IMG/VR virus record: IMGVR_UViG_3300017909_002824
Location: 1 to 46,473 of that record
Length of the DNA: 46,473 nucleotides
Source: a virus
Taxonomy: Duplodnaviria > Caudoviricetes
Strand: one strand, 5' to 3'
Translations under genes and position numbers: made by a program
The notes under the pieces: model-generated
The model's input: only the letters and a program-made list of their open reading frames with translations
Told to the model about the DNA's origin: nothing
Database searches by the model: none
In this document: in pieces, positions 19,623 to 27,824 of the stretch
Layout: each line of letters begins with the position of its first letter
Position numbering within the stretch: position 1 is the first letter of the stretch

Positions 19623-20657
19623 ATGCAAAATTTTATTAAAATTAAAAAAGGTACTTATCGTAACGCCTTAATCAAAGATACGATTTTTCCAGTAGTAAAA
19701 CCTATTTCTTTTGGTAAGAAAGGTCCTTTTGTTACTGTCGACGGTACTCACTTAATGGGCGACAATGCTAAGAAGATTAGAATTCTTCTTAAGTCACCTG
19801 CTGATATTGAGCCTTCAGATAAGGAGAATTTTGAAATAATGAATCCTGTTGCTCAAGAGCAAAAGAAGAAGGAAGAAACTCCTGAACAAGCAATGGACAG
19901 GATCAAAGGTCGTTTTGAGATTTTAGATCAAATGACTGATGCAGTTGCAAACCAAGTAGTTAGAGGTTTAATTGTGTCAGGCCCTCCAGGAGTTGGTAAG
20001 TCATTTGGTGTTGAAACTATTCTTGAAGAATACGATGCAATGACTAAACTTGCTGGTAAGCCGCCAAGAACAGAAGTTGTAAAGGGTTCTATGACACCAA
20101 TTGGTTTATATCAAACTTTGTTTAACAACTCAAACCCAGGAGATATTCTTGTGTTTGATGACTGTGACAGCATCTTGTTTGATGAAGTATGTTTGAACAT
20201 GCTTAAGGCTGTTTTGGACTCGGGTAAAAAGAGATACATTTCTTGGAAAGCAGAATCGAATGCTTTGCGTAGGGAAGGTATTCCTGATAGGTTTGAGTTC
20301 AAAGGTGGTTGTATCTTTATTACGAACGTGAACTTTGAAAACGTTAAGAGTAAAAAGATCAAAGATCACTTGCAGGCTCTTATGTCAAGATGTCACTACA
20401 TTGACTTGGAAATGGATAGTGTTAGTGATAGGTTCCTTAGAATTAACCAAATTGTTCGAGATGGTATGCTTGACGAATACAAGTTTGGTAAAGAAGGTAA
20501 TGAAGAAATTGTAGACTTCATGGTTCTAAAGGCAAACAGGTTGCGTGAAATTAGTTTGCGAATGGTTCTTAAAATTGCTGATCTTAAGCAGATGTCTCCA
20601 AAGACATGGAAAGAACTTGCAGAGTCAACTTGTATGACAAGGGCCATTATTTCTTAA
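19623..20657 (+). CDS. AAA/P-loop ATPase
   Basis: Walker A GPPGVGKS, Walker B LVFDDCD, FITN sensor, SRC arginine finger; start ATG 19623 after a GGGAGG RBS. Confidence 0.8.
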   Translation: MQNFIKIKKGTYRNALIKDTIFPVVKPISFGKKGPFVTVDGTHLMGDNAKKIRILLKSPADIEPSDKENFEIMNPVAQEQKKKEETPEQAMDRIKGRFEILDQMTDAVANQVVRGLIVSGPPGVGKSFGVETILEEYDAMTKLAGKPPRTEVVKGSMTPIGLYQTLFNNSNPGDILVFDDCDSILFDEVCLNMLKAVLDSGKKRYISWKAESNALRREGIPDRFEFKGGCIFITNVNFENVKSKKIKDHLQALMSRCHYIDLEMDSVSDRFLRINQIVRDGMLDEYKFGKEGNEEIVDFMVLKANRLREISLRMVLKIADLKQMSPKTWKELAESTCMTRAIIS

Positions 20658-20688
20658 ATGTTTAAAGGACCTGTTTATAAATAAATTT

Positions 20689-20762
20689 ACAGGTTCCCCC
20701 TGGTGTCCGATAACCTCCCACATCGGACATTTTAAACCCCCCACTTCTTGGGGGGTTTTCTT
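20689..20762 (+). ncRNA. Candidate small RNA or structured 3' UTR with an anti-SD loop
   Basis: TATAAATA at 20676-83, hairpin TGTCCGAT-aacctcccac-ATCGGACA, then a terminator. Confidence 0.4.
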
Positions 20763-20764
20763 TT
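20734..20764 (+). terminator. Rho-independent terminator
   Basis: AAACCCCCCA-cttct-TGGGGGGTTT followed by tctttt. Confidence 0.85.
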
Positions 20765-20773
20765 AAAAAAGAC

Positions 20774-20801
20774 TTGACAAATCCTGCATGTCGTGTATAA
20801 T
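20774..20801 (+). promoter_or_regulatory. sigma70-type promoter for the TonB-dependent receptor
   Basis: TTGACA, 16-nt spacer, TATAAT. Confidence 0.75.
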
Positions 20802-20830
20802 TAACTTTAGTTGATTAACATGGAGAAAAA

Positions 20831-22597
20831 ATGAACGATTTTGATAAAAACTTTCATCTCAATATGTCTCCCTTATATGCTACATTTGTATTCATGCTGT
20901 TTATGTTATGGGCAAGTGAAGTAAAAGGTGATGAAATAGAAGAGGTTATTGTTACTGCTCAACAAGAAAAAACAGTAAAAGCAGATCCAGTAGTAAACAG
21001 TAGACTCTTTAATGTTGTTATGCCAGCATTTACTTGGAACGCAGGTGGGTATGGTGGCTTTATTGGTTACAATGAACGTGGTGCTCAAACAGTACACACC
21101 TCAGTTTTTGTAAATGGTATTCCAGCAAACGACCCTGGATCAAGTTGGTATGATTTTGGACACGATGTTGCAGTTGGACAGTCTATAAAAATTGTATCAG
21201 GTGCAAACGGAGTTGTATATGGGTCAGGTAGTATTGCAGGAACTATATTGATACAGGACGAAATAGAAACTGGCCTAACAGTTAGACGAGGCGGCGACGA
21301 ATTATATCGTGTTGCAGTAAATGATGCAATAGAAGTTAGCAGTTTTAAAGGCAGTATTGGTAGTGTAAGAACTGATAACGATGAAAAAGATACTTATTCA
21401 AATAAGACAGCAAGGTTTAATATAGATGCTGGTGACTTTAGCATTGTAGGTAAGTTTACCGAATACGATTATGATTATGACAACTGTTTTAATCTTGATT
21501 CTGAAAGCAGTAATGATTGTGTACAAGAAGGCCAAAGATACAATGTTGCTATAAGAAACGATTACATTACAATAGGTAGAAACTTTAATAAAGCAGATTA
21601 CTTTACAAATGATATTTCAAATGAAGGCGAGTATGCACATCAAGATCTTACTTATGCTAATGAAAGTTACAGAGACTATTTAAGAATTGGTAACCAATCA
21701 GAACTATCAAAAAATTTAAATTTATCTTATGGTGTTGACGCCGAAAGACAGACTTACAATACTATGAGTGTATCTTCTTTTGGGGAAGTTTTAGAAAATT
21801 ATAAAGATGAAAACTTTGGTGCTTTCCTTAGTATCAATGCAAACTTTATACTTAATTACAACTTTGGTATTAGAATTGGTAATGATGATCAGAACGCACT
21901 TAGACTTGGTATAGAAAAAGACAATTGGTTCTTTAACTTAGGAAACAGTTTTAGAAAACCTAACTTGTATGAAAAGTTTGGCGATGGTTATGTTGATGGC
22001 AATGAAAATCTTGAACCTGAAGAAGGTGTTGGTATTGAGATTGGTTATGGTGTACTAAGTGTTTTTAGATATGACTTTGATCAAACAATAGAGTATGTAC
22101 CAGGATACAGTACAACGGTAGTTGTAACACCTGCAACATACGATGAGGACGGAAACTTACTCACTGAAGCAGTCACAGAAGATGTTTGGACTAATGCAAC
22201 TTATTCGAACACAGGCAACTATACAACACAAGGCATTAGATTTGCAAATAATTTTGGTCCATTTTTTGTAAGTGTAAACTATACAGATACTGATCAACCG
22301 AGAGTGCCAAAGTATATGGGAGCAGTTGCTTGGACGCAAACTTTTTCTGATGTAAATGTAAAAATAAAATATGCTTTTAATTTAGATAGAGAACCAAGTG
22401 TTTGGGATATGTTACCTGAAGGCCAAGACAAATTAGACGATTTAAATAAACTTGATTTGTATGTTACAAGGGAATGGCCTAATGGTGTAACAGTTGCCTT
22501 CAGAGGAGAAAACTTAACTGACGAAGATACGGAAGTTGTTCCTTTTTATGGTGTACAAGGAAGAGAATTCTTCTTGACAATTAACTACAAATGGTAG
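20831..22597 (+). CDS. TonB-dependent outer-membrane receptor (BtuB-like architecture)
   Basis: Hydrophobic signal-like N-terminus; TonB-box-like EIEEVIVTAQ; plug motifs RGAQ..TSVFVNGIPAND and IVSGANGVVYGSGSIAGTI; FRKPNLYE, NENLEPE, ENLTDE; C-terminal GREFFLTINYKW. Confidence 0.88.
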   Translation: MNDFDKNFHLNMSPLYATFVFMLFMLWASEVKGDEIEEVIVTAQQEKTVKADPVVNSRLFNVVMPAFTWNAGGYGGFIGYNERGAQTVHTSVFVNGIPANDPGSSWYDFGHDVAVGQSIKIVSGANGVVYGSGSIAGTILIQDEIETGLTVRRGGDELYRVAVNDAIEVSSFKGSIGSVRTDNDEKDTYSNKTARFNIDAGDFSIVGKFTEYDYDYDNCFNLDSESSNDCVQEGQRYNVAIRNDYITIGRNFNKADYFTNDISNEGEYAHQDLTYANESYRDYLRIGNQSELSKNLNLSYGVDAERQTYNTMSVSSFGEVLENYKDENFGAFLSINANFILNYNFGIRIGNDDQNALRLGIEKDNWFFNLGNSFRKPNLYEKFGDGYVDGNENLEPEEGVGIEIGYGVLSVFRYDFDQTIEYVPGYSTTVVVTPATYDEDGNLLTEAVTEDVWTNATYSNTGNYTTQGIRFANNFGPFFVSVNYTDTDQPRVPKYMGAVAWTQTFSDVNVKIKYAFNLDREPSVWDMLPEGQDKLDDLNKLDLYVTREWPNGVTVAFRGENLTDEDTEVVPFYGVQGREFFLTINYKW

Positions 22598-22603
22598 TAT
22601 AAT
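22574..22603 (+). promoter_or_regulatory. sigma70-type promoter for UvsW (probably leaderless)
   Basis: TTGACA, 18-nt spacer, TATAAT, then 6 nt to the ATG; no SD. Confidence 0.6.
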
Positions 22604-22609
22604 ATTATT

Positions 22610-24067
22610 ATGGGAAAATGTGTTCTTGAAATAAGAGACGAAGTAAACGTTCGCTTTACAGGCCTTGACGTAAAAACAAGGCGTAAAATATCTGATGAAG
22701 TTAAATTCTTTTTGCCGTATGCTTATCATATGCCAGCATACAAATTAGGCAGATGGGATGGCTGTGTTAGGTATTGTGACATTGGCGGCAGAACTTATTT
22801 TCATTTATTGGATCAGTTACTGCCAATTGTTACTGGAGATGGGTATGAAATTGACATTAAAGATCATAGAAAGAAATGGGACTTTAAATTTTCTGCTGTA
22901 AATGAATCATCATACAGTCACGTTACATGGCCTAAAGGACACCCTGTAGAAGGACAACCAATAAAATTAAGAGACTATCAAGTTGACATTGTAAATAGAT
23001 TTTTAGAAAACACACAATGCTTACAAGAGATTGCCACAGGTGCTGGTAAAACACTTGTAACTGCTGTACTAAGCCAAAAATGTGAGCAGTATGGTAGAAG
23101 TATTGTTATTGTGCCTAACAAAGATCTTGTAGTACAAACTGAAAAGGATTATAAAAATTTAGGACTTGATGTTGGTGTGCTATATGGAGACAGGAAAGAG
23201 TATGATAAAACACATACTATTTGCACATGGCAAAGTTTGAGTGTTCTCGAAAAGAAAAGCAAAAATTATGAAGCAGACTTTCCAATAAATGAATTCTTGG
23301 AAGATGTTGTCTGTGTAATGGTTGACGAAGTTCATAAAGCAAAAGCAGATGTTTTACAAAAATTGCTAAGTGGACCTTTTGCAAATGTTCCTATACGTTG
23401 GGGACTAACTGGAACTGTGCCTAAAGATGATCATGAACGTGTTGGTTGTATTAGTAGTTTAGGTCCTATTGTTGGTAATTTAAGCAGTAAAGAATTACAA
23501 GACATGGGTGTACTTGCAGATTTAGATATAAACATATTGCAATTACAAGACGGTGCATTAGGCTTTAGTAGTTATGCACAAGAACTAAAATGGTTAGTTA
23601 CAGACCCAACAAGGATAGAACAACTAAGTCAAATCATAAAAGGATATAGTGCTAACGGAAATACACTTGTTCTTATAGATAGAATTAAGACAGGTGAGAT
23701 GTTAGCAGAGATTAATGACGACTGGGTATTCATAAGTGGTTCTATGAAAACTAAAGATAGGCAAGAAGAATATGCAGAAGTCAGTGAAATGAATAATAAG
23801 GTCATTGTTGCAACTTATGGCGTAGCCGCTGTAGGTATTAACATTCCAAGGATCTTTAATTTAGTAATGATAGAACCTGGAAAGAGTTTTGTCCGTGTAA
23901 TACAAAGTATCGGCAGAGGTATTCGTAAAGCACAAGACAAAGATTATGTTCAGGTTGTAGATATTACCAGTAACCTAAAATACAGTAAAAGGCATCTAAC
24001 AAAAAGAAAAGCATTTTACAGAGAGCAAAATTTTAGACATGCTGTAACAAAAGTGGAGTATAAATGA
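22610..24067 (+). CDS. uvsW: SF2 DNA helicase (UvsW-like)
   Basis: GRWDG, LRDYQ, ATGAGKT, VDEVH, GLTGT, GINIP, QSIGRGIR. Confidence 0.9.
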   Translation: MGKCVLEIRDEVNVRFTGLDVKTRRKISDEVKFFLPYAYHMPAYKLGRWDGCVRYCDIGGRTYFHLLDQLLPIVTGDGYEIDIKDHRKKWDFKFSAVNESSYSHVTWPKGHPVEGQPIKLRDYQVDIVNRFLENTQCLQEIATGAGKTLVTAVLSQKCEQYGRSIVIVPNKDLVVQTEKDYKNLGLDVGVLYGDRKEYDKTHTICTWQSLSVLEKKSKNYEADFPINEFLEDVVCVMVDEVHKAKADVLQKLLSGPFANVPIRWGLTGTVPKDDHERVGCISSLGPIVGNLSSKELQDMGVLADLDINILQLQDGALGFSSYAQELKWLVTDPTRIEQLSQIIKGYSANGNTLVLIDRIKTGEMLAEINDDWVFISGSMKTKDRQEEYAEVSEMNNKVIVATYGVAAVGINIPRIFNLVMIEPGKSFVRVIQSIGRGIRKAQDKDYVQVVDITSNLKYSKRHLTKRKAFYREQNFRHAVTKVEYK

Positions 24068-24564
24068 AAATTTTAACGATAGAAAATAATACATACGATT
24101 TAGATTGTGTGCCTGATGAAATTGATGATATAAGATACAGCATTTTAGATGCCAGTGATCCTGAAGAAATAGATTTTTATTTCTTGCCTTTGATTTTTTT
24201 AGAAAGTTTCCACGCACCAGCAATATGTTTACAAATAGGTAATTTTAAAGTACAAATGCCTATGGATTGGAGTATATTGTTGTGTGACGAAGATTATGAA
24301 GGATTAGAAACTATTCCTTTAACAAGTCTTAACAATAGGGGATTTAGAGCATTGGTAATGAATCCAATGTCTCATAAAATACCCGACAGTGAAGAAATAC
24401 AAATAACAAACATTTATCAAGATGTAAAATGGTATTTTCCTAAATTAAAGCATGGGCATTTATTGTCTGTGCCTTTAGAGGATAAAAAAAATCCTAAGTG
24501 TGCATTGTTTGTCAAAGAAGCAAACAAAGTAAAAGACATACAAGTTGCAGATTTGATAGGATAG
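24064..24564 (+). CDS. Conserved hypothetical protein
   Basis: Overlaps the uvsW stop; DFYFLPLIFLESF, KWYFPKLK. Confidence 0.7.
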   Translation: MKILTIENNTYDLDCVPDEIDDIRYSILDASDPEEIDFYFLPLIFLESFHAPAICLQIGNFKVQMPMDWSILLCDEDYEGLETIPLTSLNNRGFRALVMNPMSHKIPDSEEIQITNIYQDVKWYFPKLKHGHLLSVPLEDKKNPKCALFVKEANKVKDIQVADLIG

Positions 24565-24572
24565 GAGAAAAA

Positions 24573-25325
24573 ATGGCAAAATATAGATACAGAATAGAGG
24601 GTGGTAGATATGGTGGTGAATTAGTAGTCGGTGAAACTAATCCTGGATTCGCATTGCATTATGGTGAACTGGATGATCAAGAAGAACTTATAGAAGCAGT
24701 ATTAGACGCAGACGGTTCCGGTTGGAATAATGAAGAAGTACCAGAAGACGCATTAATAGATCCTAACCAACCTCCTGGACCTGGCGTAGATGAATATTTT
24801 AACATGTGGGAGAACGATGAGTTAGAACATTGCAATGGTCCTTATTCAGATGGTGGGTTTACTGCATATGAAGTTCCAGCAGATGGTTCTGATGATTACG
24901 ACTATGACAAAGAAGTTTGGGAAGGTGATGCAATTCAAGTGTATAGCAGAGAAGGAGCATATTTTGGCAACGAAAAACCAGAAGAAAATATTGACGAATA
25001 TATTCCTGTTTTAGCATTCCATAGTAGCGAAAAAGGCTCATTCAGTGTTTGGTTTGTAGACACAGACGAACCTTTTGATGAATTTAAGTTAGGCTTTGGT
25101 GTTGTTGAAACAAACGTCTGTGAGTTAGTAGAAAGAGTTTATTATGATAAGGTTGAATTAGATGTTAATTACGACTACAATGATACTACCGGAAAAAGTT
25201 ATCACGCAGATGTAGGCTGGTTAAATAAAAAGTGGAGAGATCCGTACGATCAATACGATGAAGTAGAATCAGAGTATTGGGATGATTTCGACGATAATGT
25301 CGAATATGAACGAGAAAATAGATGA
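24573..25325 (+). CDS. Highly acidic hypothetical protein
   Basis: Start ATG 24573 after AGGAG; about one quarter of residues are D/E. Confidence 0.7.
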   Translation: MAKYRYRIEGGRYGGELVVGETNPGFALHYGELDDQEELIEAVLDADGSGWNNEEVPEDALIDPNQPPGPGVDEYFNMWENDELEHCNGPYSDGGFTAYEVPADGSDDYDYDKEVWEGDAIQVYSREGAYFGNEKPEENIDEYIPVLAFHSSEKGSFSVWFVDTDEPFDEFKLGFGVVETNVCELVERVYYDKVELDVNYDYNDTTGKSYHADVGWLNKKWRDPYDQYDEVESEYWDDFDDNVEYERENR

Positions 25326-26122
25326 AAAGAATTTTGATTTTTGGACTACCTGGTTCAGGTAAGTCGACTCTTGCTGAAAAACTTGTAAAAGTTTTAGGAA
25401 ATGCAGACTGGCATAACGCAGATAAAATACGTGAAACATTTGATGATTGGGACTTCTCACCTGAGGGCAGAGAGCGTCAGTCATTGCGTATGAGAGATTA
25501 TGTACGCAAAAGTGTTGCAAAAGGAAATTATGGTGTAGCAGACTTTGTTTGTCCTACAAATGAACTTAGAGAAAAGAATGTTCCTGAATATGTTATTTGG
25601 ATGAACACTATAGAAGAAGGTAGATTCGAAGACACTAATAAAATGTTTGAGAAACCAGATGGTAGCACATACATAAATGCAATTATCAATGCAGATGAAT
25701 GGTGGACAGAGGAAAAATGCGAAGAATGGGCAAGATTACTTGCAGTTGATATTAAGGATCATGAGTTCCAACCAAAGCAACCAACCACACAAATGTTAGG
25801 AAGATTCCAACCTTGGCATGAAGGACATCAAAAGTTGTTTGAACGAGCATTAGCAAAACATGGGCAGGTTGCAATACTTGTTCGTGATATGCCTCTAACA
25901 GATGATAATCCTTGGCAAGTAGACAAGATTTGTGAAAACATAGAAATTGCTTTGGCAGAACATGCCGGTAAGTTTAGGTGTTACCCTGTACCAAATATAA
26001 TGAATATTACATATGGCAGAGGTGTAGGATACAAAATTGAAGAGGAAGTTCTTGATGAGGAAACACAAAAAATTAGTGCAACAAAAATCAGAGAACAAAT
26101 GAGAAAGGATGGCAAACTATAA
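25322..26122 (+). CDS. APS-kinase-like P-loop domain fused to an HxGH nucleotidyltransferase
   Basis: N-terminal GLPGSGKST, ADKIRE, DWDFSPEGR, ADFVCPT; C-terminal GRFQPWHEGH and ISATKIR. Confidence 0.8.
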   Translation: MKRILIFGLPGSGKSTLAEKLVKVLGNADWHNADKIRETFDDWDFSPEGRERQSLRMRDYVRKSVAKGNYGVADFVCPTNELREKNVPEYVIWMNTIEEGRFEDTNKMFEKPDGSTYINAIINADEWWTEEKCEEWARLLAVDIKDHEFQPKQPTTQMLGRFQPWHEGHQKLFERALAKHGQVAILVRDMPLTDDNPWQVDKICENIEIALAEHAGKFRCYPVPNIMNITYGRGVGYKIEEEVLDEETQKISATKIREQMRKDGKL

Positions 26123-26471
26123 AGTCTATGAAATAAAATTCAAAGATGGCATGGTTTATTACGGTTATACAGCAAAACCTTTTGAAATGAGAATGGCTGA
26201 ACATTTAACAGCCAGTCAAAAAGGCAAAAGTTTTTTATATAAAAAAATGCGTAATGCAGAATATGACTGTGATTGTAGAGTAGTAAATCAGTTTCCTACA
26301 ATGGAAGAAGCATTAGATTGGGAAAAGAAATTGATAAAAAGAACACCATACAATTTAAAATTAAATAAAAGTTGGGGTGGAGAAAACGGAGAAAATAATC
26401 ATAGACGTTGGAAACAGCAGGATATCATCAAAAAACATTACAAAAGGAAAAAGTCTAAATACAGATTTTAG
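26109..26471 (+). CDS. Minimal GIY-YIG endonuclease
   Basis: KVYEI..G.VYYGYT, R..EH, ALDWEKKLI, LN. Confidence 0.7.
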   Translation: MANYKVYEIKFKDGMVYYGYTAKPFEMRMAEHLTASQKGKSFLYKKMRNAEYDCDCRVVNQFPTMEEALDWEKKLIKRTPYNLKLNKSWGGENGENNHRRWKQQDIIKKHYKRKKSKYRF

Positions 26472-26718
26472 TCATCCTGTTTATGCGAGGTATCCACATT
26501 TGAAAGAAAAAGGACCAACAGATGCACAATACACAGAATGGGTAAAGTGGTTTGCTTGGAAGCCTGTAACTACTATGTCAGGTAAAAAAGTTTGGTTAAA
26601 AACAATATACAAAAGACAAAGAACTGTTCCTTGGACACCGCCTACTTTTCCTGTAGACGGTTTAAATCAAACGCAATATGCAGAGTGGGAAACAATTCTT
26701 AATATGAAGATGAGGTAA
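26377..26718 (+). CDS. Hypothetical protein (WFAWKPV motif); start uncertain
   Basis: C-terminal part looks coding and abuts metK; the only upstream start is a GTG inside the GIY-YIG gene. Confidence 0.5.
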   Translation: MEKTEKIIIDVGNSRISSKNITKGKSLNTDFSHPVYARYPHLKEKGPTDAQYTEWVKWFAWKPVTTMSGKKVWLKTIYKRQRTVPWTPPTFPVDGLNQTQYAEWETILNMKMR

Positions 26719-26720
26719 TA

Positions 26721-27824
26721 ATGTATCAATTTACAAGTGAAAGTGTGTCTGAAGGGCATCCAGATAAAGTAGCAGATCTTATTTCGGATAGAATTGCAGA
26801 TTACATTTTGAATAAAAATAATTTAAATAGAACTGCAATCGAAACCTTAGTTACAACTAATATGGTAACCGTTGCAGGTGAGTATAAGACGGATAGACCT
26901 ATTTCTAATACTGCAATAGAACGAATCATAACTGATACTATCAGAGAGATTGGATATGAGCAAGAAGGATTCGATTGGCGTAAACTTAAAATTTACAATG
27001 AGTTGCATGGACAAAGTGCTGACATTGGATTAGGCACTGATAATTTTGGAGCAGGTGACCAAGGACTTATGTTTGGTTATGCTTGTAACGAAACAGAAAA
27101 TCATATGCCTTTAGCAATTAATTACTGCCATAAGATTTTACAAGAGTTGAGTAGCAGAAGAAAGAATGATAGTGAATACAAGAAACATATTTTACCTGAC
27201 AGCAAAAGTCAGATCACAGTCAATTATGGTAATGACGGCACTCCGATTGATATTGATAAAGTTTTAGTAAGCACACAACACTCAGAAGATACCAGCCAAG
27301 ATAAAGTAAAAGAACTTGTATTAGATGTTGTGCATACAATAGTACCAAGTAATTTGCTTAACGACAAAACTAACTACTTGGTAAATCCAACAGGAAGATT
27401 TGTTATAGGTGGGCCAGATGGCGACACAGGGTTAACTGGCAGAAAAATAATTGTTGATACTTATGGTGGTGCGGCACCACATGGCGGAGGAGCATTTAGT
27501 GGTAAAGATGGTAGTAAAGTAGATAGAAGTGCCGCATATATGGCAAGGTGGGTTGCTAAAAATATTGTAGACTTTTATGGTGTAAAAGATTGTCTTGTGC
27601 AATTAAGTTATGCTATCGGTGTTAAGGAACCTACATCTGTTTTAATAAAATGCGAAAATGAAGTAAGACATGATTTAATTGATAGAATTGTAAATGAAAT
27701 AGATCTTACACCTCTTGGTATAATCAATAGATTTGAATTAGGAAGTGTTACAGGCCTATCAGAAACAACAAATTACGGACATTTTGGTAAAGAACATTTA
27801 CCTTGGGAGAATTTAAATTTATAA
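26721..27824 (+). CDS. metK: S-adenosylmethionine synthetase
   Basis: FTSESVSEGHPDK, GAGDQG, GGPDGDTGLTGRKIIVDTYGG, GGGAFSGKD..KVDRSAAY, YGHFG. Confidence 0.97.
   Translation: MYQFTSESVSEGHPDKVADLISDRIADYILNKNNLNRTAIETLVTTNMVTVAGEYKTDRPISNTAIERIITDTIREIGYEQEGFDWRKLKIYNELHGQSADIGLGTDNFGAGDQGLMFGYACNETENHMPLAINYCHKILQELSSRRKNDSEYKKHILPDSKSQITVNYGNDGTPIDIDKVLVSTQHSEDTSQDKVKELVLDVVHTIVPSNLLNDKTNYLVNPTGRFVIGGPDGDTGLTGRKIIVDTYGGAAPHGGGAFSGKDGSKVDRSAAYMARWVAKNIVDFYGVKDCLVQLSYAIGVKEPTSVLIKCENEVRHDLIDRIVNEIDLTPLGIINRFELGSVTGLSETTNYGHFGKEHLPWENLNL

Noticed and set aside
20660-20830. Cobalamin riboswitch upstream of the BtuB-like receptor
   Set aside because: The hairpins lie upstream of a terminator and of the receptor's own promoter, so they are not in its roughly 25-nt leader; no B12-box is recognisable.
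16339-27823. ORF-track upstream starts at 16339, 19602, 24498 and 27803
   Set aside because: RBS position and gene coupling favour 16435, 19623, 24573 and 27824.
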